A DNA stretch of 64,000 nt from Sphingobacterium thalpophilum. GTDB taxonomy: Bacteria > Bacteroidota > Bacteroidia > Sphingobacteriales > Sphingobacteriaceae. Below are positions 15,398-24,683 of this stretch, piece after piece. Location of the stretch: positions 61-64,060 of the forward strand of contig CAMCMG010000003.1 in the NCBI GenBank assembly GCA_945875895.1. The letters run 5' to 3'. A program made the position numbers and the translations under genes. Each line of letters opens with the position of its first letter. The first letter of the stretch is position 1. The notes below the pieces were generated by a model. It searched no databases, was not told where the DNA came from, and worked only from the letters and a program-made list of their open reading frames with translations.

Positions 15398-18196
15398 TTA
15401 GTCTCTTCTAATTTCTATACTGCGCATACCGCCACCCATACCGGGCATTTGCATACCCGTATTTGGCATTTGCTGGCCATTAAATTTTTGCAATTTTAGG
15501 CTGAAGGTGAGCATGGCATAACGAGCCAAGCGATTGCTACGGGTATCGTTAATGCTATTGGCTGTTACCGAACGAGAAATGCTAGTATTTTCATTGTACA
15601 CATCAAATATTTGGAAACGCAACGATGCGGCGTTGTTTTTCAAGAACTGTTTTTCTAAATAGGTGTTCATGATAAACGGATTTACCGAAAATGCACTCGT
15701 GTAGCCTTTGTTTAAGGCTTTGGTGAAATCGGCACCCAAAATCCAGGTTTTGCGAATATAGGCTTTACCATTAAAGGTTAAATTCCAGGTAGATACTTTT
15801 GTATTTTGTTGTGCTGAGATGCTGTAGGTATTGTTATTGGCAGTATAGTTTACGCCCGGATTTAATTCAATCCACTTGGCTGGGTTTAGTTGAAAGTTTG
15901 CTCCTTGGCTAATAATTAAGTTTTTGCCAATATTCTTTTGGTCATCAACAAAGTTGATATTGTTGGAATAATTAGCAAATCCGTTGATGCTCAAGGTGTA
16001 TTTTCGCTCGGCAAATGGTTTAGACCAGGTATAAAATCCGTTTACACTATAAAATCCATTGGTATTTAAGTAGCGGGTTTCAATTTTGTTGCCGGGTAAG
16101 AACACACTATTGCTTACAATTTTATTTTCGGTAAGGTTTACCGAAAAATTAGTGAACCACACATCGCCTTTTTCAAAATTAAAGTTGTTGTATCTGATAT
16201 TGATGTTGTGGCTAAACTCGGCTTTTAGATTGGGGTTACCTACTACAGGGAATTGAGGGTTTGAAACATCGGTTACCGGCTGCAATTGGTTAAAGGATGG
16301 TTCGTTATTTCGGCCATTATAGGAAGCATTAAATTCTTTGGTTTTAGAAAAATTATATGAGTAACGTAAAACCGGTATAATGTTTAAAGCTGTTCTGCGA
16401 TAGCTAGTTTGATTGCTTACTGAGGTACCCGATAGCAAGGAAGGCTGTACGCCTAAACCAACGCTGTAGTTGTATTTCTTTTGAGTTACCCGGTAATTCA
16501 TGCCCAATCTGTTGGTCATAAACGAATAGGTATAATCGTTACTTTGTGAAGCTACAGTAGTTAAAACGCCACCGGGGGTAGTGGTACCTAAGGTTGTTCT
16601 GCCATTTTGGTAATCGGCCAAAGAAAAATTCCAGTTAAATTCTAAACTTTCGGTACGGCTTAATGGTTCAATGTAAGAGATACCCGAACGGGTAGTACTA
16701 TTGGTATTGTTGTTACTTACTAGTTGCCTTTGATACACAGGTATGGCAGCTCCAAAAGGGGTAGTTTGGTTAATTGCATCGTTATCTTGCGTCGTATTGT
16801 TTTTGCTAAGCGATAAATTCACCGAAGCGGTACGCCCACGTTTCCCAAATCGGTGGTTAAATAAGGCATCGGCACCAAAATTAGGTGTTTCAGAGTTGCT
16901 AATGCCGCCATTATTACCGTTTGAAATAAGGCTAGTACCATCTTGTAAAAACGCAAAAGTGCTGGCAGAGGTGCCATTACTTTGCCCCAAGTTAAAGTAG
17001 GGAGTTACTTTTAAATAGTTTACACTATCTATTTTATATTCTAAATTCCAGTTAAAACGGTGGTTAATAGTGCTCGTATTGCTAGTGCTATTTTGGTTAT
17101 TTAATAAGAAACCGGTAGCATTAATATTTTGTTGTTGGGTAGTTCTAAGCACCTCGTTATTGCGGTTTGCGTAGCTATAGTTTCCGTACGATGTTAATTT
17201 TTTGCTCCACTCATCGCGGTAATTTACACCTAATGAAGCTACTCTGGTTAGGCCATCTCCACCAGCATTGCCTCCTCCTCCGCCACCGATTTGTATACGG
17301 GCGCCACCACCACCTCCTCCGCCACCCAGTTGTACACGGGCACCACCGCCACCGCCATTGAAGCTAAATAGCGATGTATTGGTATTATTTAAATTTCCTT
17401 GTACAGAAATTTGTTGAGTTTTATTAAACATGTTGGCCGAAATATTACCTTGATAACGACCTTCGTTTCCTTGTCCAATTTTACCTTGTGTAAAATAGCC
17501 ATTGTTTTTGTCAGGTCTAATTTGAATATTTAATATTTTCTCTGGATCACCTTCTTTTACTCCCGTAAAGTTTGCTTGGTCGCCATAATCGTCAATCAAT
17601 TGTATTTTATCAATTAAATTGGCTGGCAATTGTTGGGTGGCAGTTTTAACATCACCGCCAAAAAAGTCTTTGCCATTTACTCTAACTCTAGTAATTGTTT
17701 TGCCTTGTGCCTTTACATTACCATCTTTATCAACTTCTACACCCGGTAATTTTCTCAATAAATCTTCTACCTGAGCATCGTCTTTTAATTTATAATCAGC
17801 TGCTCTAAACTCTAGGGTATCTTCTTTAACCGTAACGGTTGGCGTGCCCGAAATCACCACTTCATTCAATTGCTTACTCGAATTTTTTAGATTGATAATA
17901 CCTAAAGCCAAGTTACCTTCACCTTCATTATAGACATATTTACGTAAGGCCGATTGAAATCCTAAGCTCGTAATAGACAAGGTAAATTGTCCTGATTTCA
18001 CCCCTTTAAAGCTAAATGCTCCATTGGCATTGGTACGGGTAAATAAACTGTCTTTTGCCGAACGTAGTTTAACCGTTGCAGCAATAACACTTAAGCCCGA
18101 AGAATCTCTCACCGTGCCACTTACTTCGTAATTGCTTTGTGCAACAACAGTTAAACTTACTAAGGTTAAAATCAGAATTGATAGTATGTGTTTCAT
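15398..18196 (-). CDS. Outer-membrane beta-barrel family protein with an N-terminal carboxypeptidase-regulatory-like domain and a plug-like segment
   Basis: The signal peptide is followed by SGTVRDSSGLSVIAATVKL (CarboxypepD_reg-like) and LLRKLPGVEVDKDGNVKAQGK...VRVNGKDFFGGD (plug-like). About 600 aa of alternating aromatic beta-strand pattern follows. Length is 932 aa, with a Gly-rich tandem repeat at plus-strand positions 17252-17356. Confidence 0.78.
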   Translation of the reverse strand: MKHILSILILTLVSLTVVAQSNYEVSGTVRDSSGLSVIAATVKLRSAKDSLFTRTNANGAFSFKGVKSGQFTLSITSLGFQSALRKYVYNEGEGNLALGIINLKNSSKQLNEVVISGTPTVTVKEDTLEFRAADYKLKDDAQVEDLLRKLPGVEVDKDGNVKAQGKTITRVRVNGKDFFGGDVKTATQQLPANLIDKIQLIDDYGDQANFTGVKEGDPEKILNIQIRPDKNNGYFTQGKIGQGNEGRYQGNISANMFNKTQQISVQGNLNNTNTSLFSFNGGGGGARVQLGGGGGGGGARIQIGGGGGGNAGGDGLTRVASLGVNYRDEWSKKLTSYGNYSYANRNNEVLRTTQQQNINATGFLLNNQNSTSNTSTINHRFNWNLEYKIDSVNYLKVTPYFNLGQSNGTSASTFAFLQDGTSLISNGNNGGISNSETPNFGADALFNHRFGKRGRTASVNLSLSKNNTTQDNDAINQTTPFGAAIPVYQRQLVSNNNTNSTTRSGISYIEPLSRTESLEFNWNFSLADYQNGRTTLGTTTPGGVLTTVASQSNDYTYSFMTNRLGMNYRVTQKKYNYSVGLGVQPSLLSGTSVSNQTSYRRTALNIIPVLRYSYNFSKTKEFNASYNGRNNEPSFNQLQPVTDVSNPQFPVVGNPNLKAEFSHNINIRYNNFNFEKGDVWFTNFSVNLTENKIVSNSVFLPGNKIETRYLNTNGFYSVNGFYTWSKPFAERKYTLSINGFANYSNNINFVDDQKNIGKNLIISQGANFQLNPAKWIELNPGVNYTANNNTYSISAQQNTKVSTWNLTFNGKAYIRKTWILGADFTKALNKGYTSAFSVNPFIMNTYLEKQFLKNNAASLRFQIFDVYNENTSISRSVTANSINDTRSNRLARYAMLTFSLKLQKFNGQQMPNTGMQMPGMGGGMRSIEIRRD

Positions 18197-18217
18197 GTGT
18201 GTTTTTAATCGTAAAGG

Positions 18218-18970
18218 CTATTTACTAGCCAAGGGGTAAAATACCCAAAATTCAGTGCTGTTTAATAAGCTGTTTGTTTGCATAGGCCCAGAGGGCGTTC
18301 CTCTAAGTTCAATAGTTCTACTAACAGCAGTTGAACTAGGCGCTAAAACAAGTCCATTTAGTTTGATTTGGCATGCAAAAATATCATTTTTAGATGGATC
18401 TATTTGTAACAATTTCATCGGTAAGGCATACTCACAAACCAATTCTTCCGCTTCGTTGAGCTGGGCAACCGCTCTAATCCCAAAATCATTTTTTAGGGCA
18501 AAGAGGCCATCAATAAGGCTGCTAAAACCACGCAATTCAATGTTGTTTAGTTGTGCAACCTCCTGCTTCATTAAGGGTCTCTTGGTTCTGCCCAAAACAG
18601 GATCGTAACGTTTGTCTGGTGCTTTGCCGGCAGGGAAGCCTATACTTTCTTGTACTTTTTTTTGTCCTATTGCATTAAAACCTAGGCTCAGGCCCCAATG
18701 TATCATTTTTGCTATACTCTCTTTGTTAGACGTTTTCAGGACCACAAATAGGGTAGAATCGTTATTGGCCAAGGCATAGCTTATGCCCGATACCTTATCG
18801 GTAGCAAACTGATTTTGGTCCCATTCTTTAGCCAGGCCATCCAGTTCAATATTAGTTAAAAAAGCGTTATTAATAAGTTCTTTCGGCTTTTTCTGTGCTT
18901 TTGCACTAGCACAAACTAGCACTAATAAACAGCAAATGAATACTCGAGCCCGATGATGTAATAAGTTCAT
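18218..18970 (-). CDS. Hypothetical secreted protein
   Basis: A signal peptide is present (FICCLLVLVCASAKAQ). The gene ends 21 nt upstream of the OMP gene on the same strand. I recognise no family. Confidence 0.55.
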   Translation of the reverse strand: MNLLHHRARVFICCLLVLVCASAKAQKKPKELINNAFLTNIELDGLAKEWDQNQFATDKVSGISYALANNDSTLFVVLKTSNKESIAKMIHWGLSLGFNAIGQKKVQESIGFPAGKAPDKRYDPVLGRTKRPLMKQEVAQLNNIELRGFSSLIDGLFALKNDFGIRAVAQLNEAEELVCEYALPMKLLQIDPSKNDIFACQIKLNGLVLAPSSTAVSRTIELRGTPSGPMQTNSLLNSTEFWVFYPLASK

Positions 18971-19045
18971 AAGAGTAAGATTAAAAAAAGGTACAAACGT
19001 TTAGTGCGAAATTGAATTCGTTTGCGAAAATACGGTTCTAAACGT

Positions 19046-19079
19046 AAAAAAGGAGCCGATCTTTCGAAAGGCTCCTTTT
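19046..19079. terminator. Bidirectional terminator-like hairpin
   Basis: The sequence is AAAAAGGAGCC-N12-GGCTCCTTTT. On the minus strand it is followed by a T-run and lies about 60 nt downstream of the small ORF at 19139-19258. Confidence 0.5.
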
Positions 19080-19138
19080 CAGCTCAACATGTGCAAATGG
19101 CAAGCTTTCTTCCCGAGCTAAAATGTGCTCTTGCTTTG

Positions 19139-19258
19139 TTAACGTTGTTTTTGTAGTTGAAGTATATGCGTTATTAAATCTTTGCTTAAAATAAGCAACA
19201 ATTCTTTATCAAACTTTTTAGTTAGTTGTGTTAGGTTGGGAGTTGATTTCGTTTTCAT
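19139..19258 (-). CDS. Candidate small protein (39 aa, MKTKSTPNLTQLTKKFDKELLLILSKDLITHILQLQKQR)
   Basis: This ATG-started ORF is shorter than any ORF listed in the track (all are 60 aa or longer). A minus-strand TAAGTTTG (-7-type box, plus-strand coordinates 19323-19330) lies about 65 nt upstream, and the 19046-19079 hairpin lies downstream. There is no homology evidence. Confidence 0.3.
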   Translation of the reverse strand: MKTKSTPNLTQLTKKFDKELLLILSKDLITHILQLQKQR

Positions 19259-19374
19259 ATGCTTTCTAAATTAAAATGATGAGCAATAAACTTATATATA
19301 GTGTTCTAATCTAGAACTATGCCAAACTTATTTAGGGCTATCTAGTTTCCCAATAGGTTCTTTTTTGTAGCCAT

Positions 19375-19403
19375 ATTTCCACAATTTCTACACATGTGGA
19401 AAT
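19375..19403. promoter_or_regulatory. Inverted repeat ATTTCCACA-N11-TGTGGAAAT upstream of parE
   Basis: 9-bp perfect arms. Each arm matches the relaxed DnaA-box pattern TTWTNCACA at all but its first base. The repeat ends about 30 bp upstream of the parE -7 box. Confidence 0.35.
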
Positions 19404-19432
19404 TTAGCACCAAAATCAGTAGAGAAATCTAT

Positions 19433-19440
19433 TAGATTTG
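19433..19440 (+). promoter_or_regulatory. Bacteroidota-type -7 promoter box (TAGATTTG) for parE-parC
   Basis: It matches TAnnTTTG and ends 25 nt before the ATG at 19466. Confidence 0.4.
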
Positions 19441-19465
19441 CGTTTTAGAACTCTATACCCAATAC

Positions 19466-21367
19466 ATGGCCGAATTAAATTACAGTGAAGACAGCATTCG
19501 CTCCCTCGATTGGAAAGAGCATATACGTTTACGCCCCGGTATGTATATCGGCAAGTTGGGCGATGGCTCTGCCTACGACGATGGAATTTATGTATTGCTG
19601 AAAGAAATTGTAGATAACTCCATTGATGAGTTTGTGATGGGTTCGGGCAGAACGATTGATATTACCATTTCCGATCAACGGGTAATTGTACGAGATTTCG
19701 GCCGAGGGATTCCTCTAGGCAAAGTAATAGATTGCGTATCTAAAATTAATACCGGTGGCAAGTACGATTCCAAAGCCTTTCAAAAATCGGTTGGTTTAAA
19801 TGGCGTGGGTACCAAGGCCGTAAACGCCTTGTCGTCGCACTTTGCCGTACAATCGTACCGCGATGGTAAAACCAAAAAGGCCGAATTCGAAAAAGGGGAA
19901 TTGACCAATGATGTACCCGAAACCGAAACCACGCAACGTAACGGCACCTCGGTTACTTTCTATCCAGATGAAACCATTTTTCGGAATTACCATTTTATCC
20001 CGGAATTTATAGAAAGCATGATTTGGAACTACGTGTTCCTTAACTCGGGCTTAACCATAAATTATAACGGCGAAAAGTTTTTCTCGGAGAGGGGCTTGTA
20101 CGATTTATTGGTACGCAACACCGATGCAGAAACCATTCGTTATCCCATTATCCATTTGGTAGGAGAAGATATTGAAATATCGATGACCCATGGCCAACAA
20201 TACGGCGAAGAATATTATTCCTTTGTAAATGGCCAACATACCACCCAAGGCGGTACACACCAAGCTGCATTTCGTGAGGCCTTGGTAAAAACTATCCGAG
20301 AGTTTTATAAAAAAGAATTCGATGCCTCCGATGTACGGGCATCTATTGTTTCGGCTATATCTATCAGAGTGCAAGAGCCGGTTTTCGAATCGCAAACCAA
20401 AACCAAATTAGGGTCGCAGAACGTAGGCCCAGATGGGCCATCAGTACGAACCTTTATCAACGATTTTGTTAAAAAAGAACTCGACGATTATTTACACAAA
20501 TACCCCGAAACGGCCGATGCCTTGCTAAAACGCATCATGCAATCGGAGCGGGAGCGTAAAGACATTGCCGGTATAAAAAAATTAGCCAACGAGCGTGCTA
20601 AAAAAGCATCGCTCCATAACCGTAAACTTCGCGATTGCAAAATCCATTTCGACGACGCCCACGAGCGCAAGCAAGAAACTACCCTCTTTATTACCGAGGG
20701 CGATTCTGCAAGTGGATCCATCACTAAATCTCGTGATGTGCAAACCCAAGCGGTATTTAGTTTAAAAGGGAAGCCCCTAAACTGCTATGGCCTTACCAAA
20801 AAAGTGGTGTACGAAAACGAAGAATTTAACCTCTTGCAGCACGCTTTAAATATTGAAGATGGTTTAGAGGAATTGCGTTATAATAACATCGTAATTGCTA
20901 CCGATGCCGATGTGGATGGTATGCACATTCGTTTGTTACTCATGACTTTTTTTCTGCAGTTTTTCCCCGATTTGGTAAAAGCCCGCAACCTATATATATT
21001 CCAAACGCCACTATTTAGAGTGCGCAATAAGAAGGAAACTATTTATTGCTACAGCGATGAAGAACGCCAAAGAGCCATTGCCAAATTAGGTAATAAGCCT
21101 GAAATCACCCGATTTAAAGGCTTGGGAGAAATTTCGCCCGAAGAATTTGGTTTATTTATTGGCAAAGATATTCGCCTAGACCCCGTATTGTTAACCAAAG
21201 AACAAAGCATTAAAAACCTGTTGGAATACTATATGGGTAAAAATACCCCCGACAGACAGCAGCATATTATTAAGAATTTAAGAGTGGAAGTGGATATTTT
21301 GGAGGAAGCCTTAACCGCTGAATCAGTTTTGCCTACCGAAGAAGAAATCGCAACCGAACAAGCATAG
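19466..21367 (+). CDS. parE: DNA topoisomerase IV subunit B
   Basis: [10 protein letters not shown], an N-terminal GHKL ATPase region, the TOPRIM motif EGDSASGS, and [12 protein letters not shown] are present. The length of 633 aa and the absence of a GyrB-type insertion favour ParE. A ParC-type gene follows directly. Confidence 0.88.
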   Translation: MAELNYSEDSIRSLDWKEHIRLRPGMYIGKLGDGSAYDDGIYVLLKEIVDNSIDEFVMGSGRTIDITISDQRVIVRDFGRGIPLGKVIDCVSKINTGGKYDSKAFQKSVGLNGVGTKAVNALSSHFAVQSYRDGKTKKAEFEKGELTNDVPETETTQRNGTSVTFYPDETIFRNYHFIPEFIESMIWNYVFLNSGLTINYNGEKFFSERGLYDLLVRNTDAETIRYPIIHLVGEDIEISMTHGQQYGEEYYSFVNGQHTTQGGTHQAAFREALVKTIREFYKKEFDASDVRASIVSAISIRVQEPVFESQTKTKLGSQNVGPDGPSVRTFINDFVKKELDDYLHKYPETADALLKRIMQSERERKDIAGIKKLANERAKKASLHNRKLRDCKIHFDDAHERKQETTLFITEGDSASGSITKSRDVQTQAVFSLKGKPLNCYGLTKKVVYENEEFNLLQHALNIEDGLEELRYNNIVIATDADVDGMHIRLLLMTFFLQFFPDLVKARNLYIFQTPLFRVRNKKETIYCYSDEERQRAIAKLGNKPEITRFKGLGEISPEEFGLFIGKDIRLDPVLLTKEQSIKNLLEYYMGKNTPDRQQHIIKNLRVEVDILEEALTAESVLPTEEEIATEQA

Positions 21368-21377
21368 TATTTACCCG

Positions 21378-24146
21378 ATGAGTGAAGAATTAGACCAAGC
21401 AGCCGCCCCCGAAAATACCCATAACATCATTCCACTATCGGGTTTGTATGAAAATTGGTTTTTAGATTATGCTTCCTACGTAATCTTAGATAGAGCCGTT
21501 CCGCATATATACGATGGTTTAAAACCCGTTCAGCGACGCATTTTACACTCTCTTAAAGAAATGGACGATGGGCGATTTAACAAAGCGGCCAACGTAATTG
21601 GAAATACTATGAAATACCACCCGCACGGCGATGCCTCCATTGGCGATGCCATGGTGCAGTTGGGTCAAAAAGATTTATTAATTGATAAACAAGGAAACTG
21701 GGGCGATCCCATCACTGGCGATTCGGCTGCAGCACCTCGTTATATCGAGGCCCGTTTATCAAAATTTGCGCTCGATGTGGTGTTTAATCCCGATACCACC
21801 GAATGGCAATCGAGTTACGATGGCCGTAACCAAGAACCGGTTACTTTGCCCGTTAAGTTCCCGCTATTATTAGCCCAAGGAGCCGATGGTATTGCGGTAG
21901 GTTTGGCTACCAAAATTATGCCTCACAATTTCATCGAACTCATTGATGCATCTATTGAGGTTTTAAAAGGAAATCGCCCCAATTTAGTACCGGATTTCCT
22001 CACCGGAGGTATGGCCGATTGTTCGGCTTACAACGAAGGACAACGGGGTGGTAAAATTCGTGTTCGTGCTAAAATTGTAGAACGAGATAAAAAAACCTTA
22101 GCCATTACCGAAATTCCGTTTACTACTACTACCGGCGGTTTAATTGATAGCGTAATTTCGGCTAACGATAAAGGCAAAATCAAGATTAAAAAAATTGAGG
22201 ATAATACGGCCAAAGACGTCGAAATTATGATTCATTTGGCACCCGGTATTTCGCCCGATGTAACCATTGATGCTCTTTATGCCTTTACAGATTGTGAGGT
22301 TTCTGTTTCGCCAAATACCTGCATAATTAAAGACAATAAGCCTTGGTTTATGAGCGTAAACGATATTTTGGTAGAAAGTACCAAATTTACCAAAGCGCTA
22401 TTAAAACAAGAGTTAGAAATTAAACTCACCGAATTAAAGGAGCGTATTTTCTTCAGCAACTTGCTCAAAATTTTTATTCAAGAGGGTATGTATAAGCATG
22501 CCGATTATGAAAACGCTACCGATTTTGAGAACATTGTGGGCGTATTGTACAAACTCTTTGCTCCATTTAAAGAGCAGTTTTACCGCGATATTGTATCCGA
22601 AGATTTCAAGAAACTAATCGATAAACCGATGAGTAGCATCACCCGTTTCGATGTGAAAAAATCGGATGATTTGATGAAAACCTTGGAAGAGGAAATCAAA
22701 ACGGTAAACAAACACCTTAAAACCTTAACCGAATACACCATTGCCTGGTTCGAAAAAATTAAAACCAAATACGGTGCAGGCCGAGAGCGTAAAACCGAAC
22801 TTCGCCTTTTTGATAAGGTAGAAGCGTCAAAGGTGGCGCTAGCCAATGTGAAATTGTATATGAACCGCGAAGATGGCTTTATTGGCACCTCCCTGCGTAA
22901 GGACGAGTATGTGTGCGACTGCTCAGACATCGACGAAATCATTGCTTTTAGAGCCGATGGTAAGTTTACCGTAAGCAAGGTAGCCGAAAAAACTTTTGTG
23001 GGTAAAGACATTATCCATGCGCAAGTATTTACCAAAAACGACGAGCGTACGCTTTATAATTTAATTTATAAAGATGGTGCCAGCGGAACCTCGTATGTAA
23101 AACGATTTGCTGTGTTGGGAGTTACCCGCGATAAAGAATACGATTTAACTAAAGGTGGCAAAGGGTCGCATGTGCATTATTTTACCGCCAACCCCAATGG
23201 CGAAGCCGAAGTGGTAAACATTGCTTTAAAACCACATGCAAAATTACGTAAGCTGCAATTTGATGTAGACTTTGCTGAAATTGCCGTGAAAGGGCGTAGC
23301 TCTATGGGTAATACCGTTACCAAGTATCCGGTTAAAAAAATAACCTTAAAAACGAAGGGAGTTTCAACTTTATCGGGCCGTAAAATTTGGTTCGATGAGG
23401 TGTTAAAACGTTTAAATATTGATGCTAGAGGTAAATACCTTGGCGAATACGATGGCGACGATCAAATTTTGTGTGTTACCAACGATGGCGCCTACGAACT
23501 GTGCGGTTTTGAGTTAAGCACCCGTTTCGATGAACTACTTCTGCTCATCGAAAAGTACAATCCTGAAAAAGTGTACGCTGTGGTGCATTGGGAAGCAAAA
23601 TCTAAGAATTATTACATTAAACGCTTTGTGTTAGAAAGGACACCCGAAGGCAAAAAAACACCGTTAATTTCTGAAGAAGCGGGTTCTAAATTGGTACTCA
23701 TTTCGGGTGCCACTGCTCCTAAAGTAAGCCTCGAGGTTTTAAAAGGGAAAAGCCAAACGCCCGAAACAATTGAACTCAACCTAGCTGAACTAATTGACGT
23801 AAAAGGCCAAAAAGCAATGGGCAACCGCTTAAGTACGCATGAGGTGAAACAGGTGACGCTATTGGAATCTGAAGAACCCGAATCTATTGTAGAACTCAGC
23901 CCAATTAACGAAGTGCTGGACATAGAGGATACTATTGCGCTTGTGGAAGAAACAGCAATGCCAAGCATGCCAGAACCCGAGCTTGAGGAAGTGAAAGAAA
24001 TCCCTGTGCCGCAGCCCGAAAAAGCACCTGAAATACTTGAAGAGACAGCACCTGAGCGAATTAAACCGCCCAAAGAAATAGGTTTCGAAATTACCAACCC
24101 CGATGAAATAGATATGGACGACAAGGGGCAGTTGGGCTTATTCTAA
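21378..24146 (+). CDS. parC: DNA topoisomerase IV subunit A, with a long acidic C-terminal tail
   Basis: DGLKPVQRRILHS is present, and the catalytic Tyr context is AAPRYIEARLS. Length is 922 aa, and the last ~95 aa are low-complexity Glu/Pro-rich, ending in ...DDKGQLGLF. Confidence 0.88.
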   Translation: MSEELDQAAAPENTHNIIPLSGLYENWFLDYASYVILDRAVPHIYDGLKPVQRRILHSLKEMDDGRFNKAANVIGNTMKYHPHGDASIGDAMVQLGQKDLLIDKQGNWGDPITGDSAAAPRYIEARLSKFALDVVFNPDTTEWQSSYDGRNQEPVTLPVKFPLLLAQGADGIAVGLATKIMPHNFIELIDASIEVLKGNRPNLVPDFLTGGMADCSAYNEGQRGGKIRVRAKIVERDKKTLAITEIPFTTTTGGLIDSVISANDKGKIKIKKIEDNTAKDVEIMIHLAPGISPDVTIDALYAFTDCEVSVSPNTCIIKDNKPWFMSVNDILVESTKFTKALLKQELEIKLTELKERIFFSNLLKIFIQEGMYKHADYENATDFENIVGVLYKLFAPFKEQFYRDIVSEDFKKLIDKPMSSITRFDVKKSDDLMKTLEEEIKTVNKHLKTLTEYTIAWFEKIKTKYGAGRERKTELRLFDKVEASKVALANVKLYMNREDGFIGTSLRKDEYVCDCSDIDEIIAFRADGKFTVSKVAEKTFVGKDIIHAQVFTKNDERTLYNLIYKDGASGTSYVKRFAVLGVTRDKEYDLTKGGKGSHVHYFTANPNGEAEVVNIALKPHAKLRKLQFDVDFAEIAVKGRSSMGNTVTKYPVKKITLKTKGVSTLSGRKIWFDEVLKRLNIDARGKYLGEYDGDDQILCVTNDGAYELCGFELSTRFDELLLLIEKYNPEKVYAVVHWEAKSKNYYIKRFVLERTPEGKKTPLISEEAGSKLVLISGATAPKVSLEVLKGKSQTPETIELNLAELIDVKGQKAMGNRLSTHEVKQVTLLESEEPESIVELSPINEVLDIEDTIALVEETAMPSMPEPELEEVKEIPVPQPEKAPEILEETAPERIKPPKEIGFEITNPDEIDMDDKGQLGLF

Positions 24147-24153
24147 GTTGAAC

Positions 24154-24552
24154 TTACTTTTTAAACGAAGTACGAGAAATTTCAATGCCTGTGGGCATTG
24201 GCCTGTTCCCTTCGTCTTCGGCCGTAAGAATAATCTCTTTCGGATTAAATGGAGTTAATGTTCTAAAAACCACTTTTTTCGCATTGGCATTCATTACCTG
24301 CCCTAAATTCTTGTAGTCATTTTGCTCGGTAACAATCCACACATTGTAATGATTTTTAGGCGGATTGAGTCTTTCTGGACTAGTTAAATTAAGCGCCACT
24401 AATTCTACCACATAATTCTTGTTTTTATCTAGTGTTTTTTTAGCGCTTATTTCGGCGGCTGGTGCCACTGTAGAAATAGGAAATTTGGCGGTTGTAGTAC
24501 AAGAAGCAAATATCATTACAAAGCCTGCTAGTATATTGGGTAGTTTTTTCAT
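24154..24552 (-). CDS. Hypothetical lipoprotein
   Basis: The ATG at 24552 gives MKKLPNILAGFVMIFASC (lipobox). The longer ORF-track start at 24672 adds a non-signal-like extension. Confidence 0.55.
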   Translation of the reverse strand: MKKLPNILAGFVMIFASCTTTAKFPISTVAPAAEISAKKTLDKNKNYVVELVALNLTSPERLNPPKNHYNVWIVTEQNDYKNLGQVMNANAKKVVFRTLTPFNPKEIILTAEDEGNRPMPTGIEISRTSFKK

Positions 24553-24683
24553 GTTTTTGAGCTTAAATACCCTTACTATTAAGAATACCAAAAAATATAA
24601 CGAATTAATTGCCGAAAAGTTTCTTGAAGAAAGAAATATAAGATGACTCTCAAATAAGCAACCCAATAGCAAATGGTAATTTT

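Noticed and set aside
17167-17361. His/Arg-rich 64-aa plus-strand ORF
   Set aside because: It is the antisense reading of the Gly-run repeat (GGN codons) of the outer-membrane protein gene and is an artefact.
19375-19403. Chromosomal replication origin (DnaA boxes)
   Set aside because: There are only two imperfect boxes. I see no cluster of further boxes, no obvious AT-rich unwinding repeats and no dnaA or dnaN nearby. An operator role is more plausible than oriC.
22580-23035. 151-aa minus-strand ORF inside parC
   Set aside because: It is antisense to well-conserved ParC sequence and supported by nothing but its length.
23612-24124. 170-aa Ser-rich minus-strand ORF opposite the parC tail
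   Set aside because: It is the mirror image of the Glu/Pro-rich codons (GAA/GAG/CCN) of the acidic ParC tail. It is low complexity and has no independent start or stop context.
24553-24672. Longer start for the 24154 lipoprotein gene
   Set aside because: The lipoprotein signal peptide (MKKLPNILAGFVMIFASC) begins at 24552. A 40-aa extension before a signal peptide is implausible.
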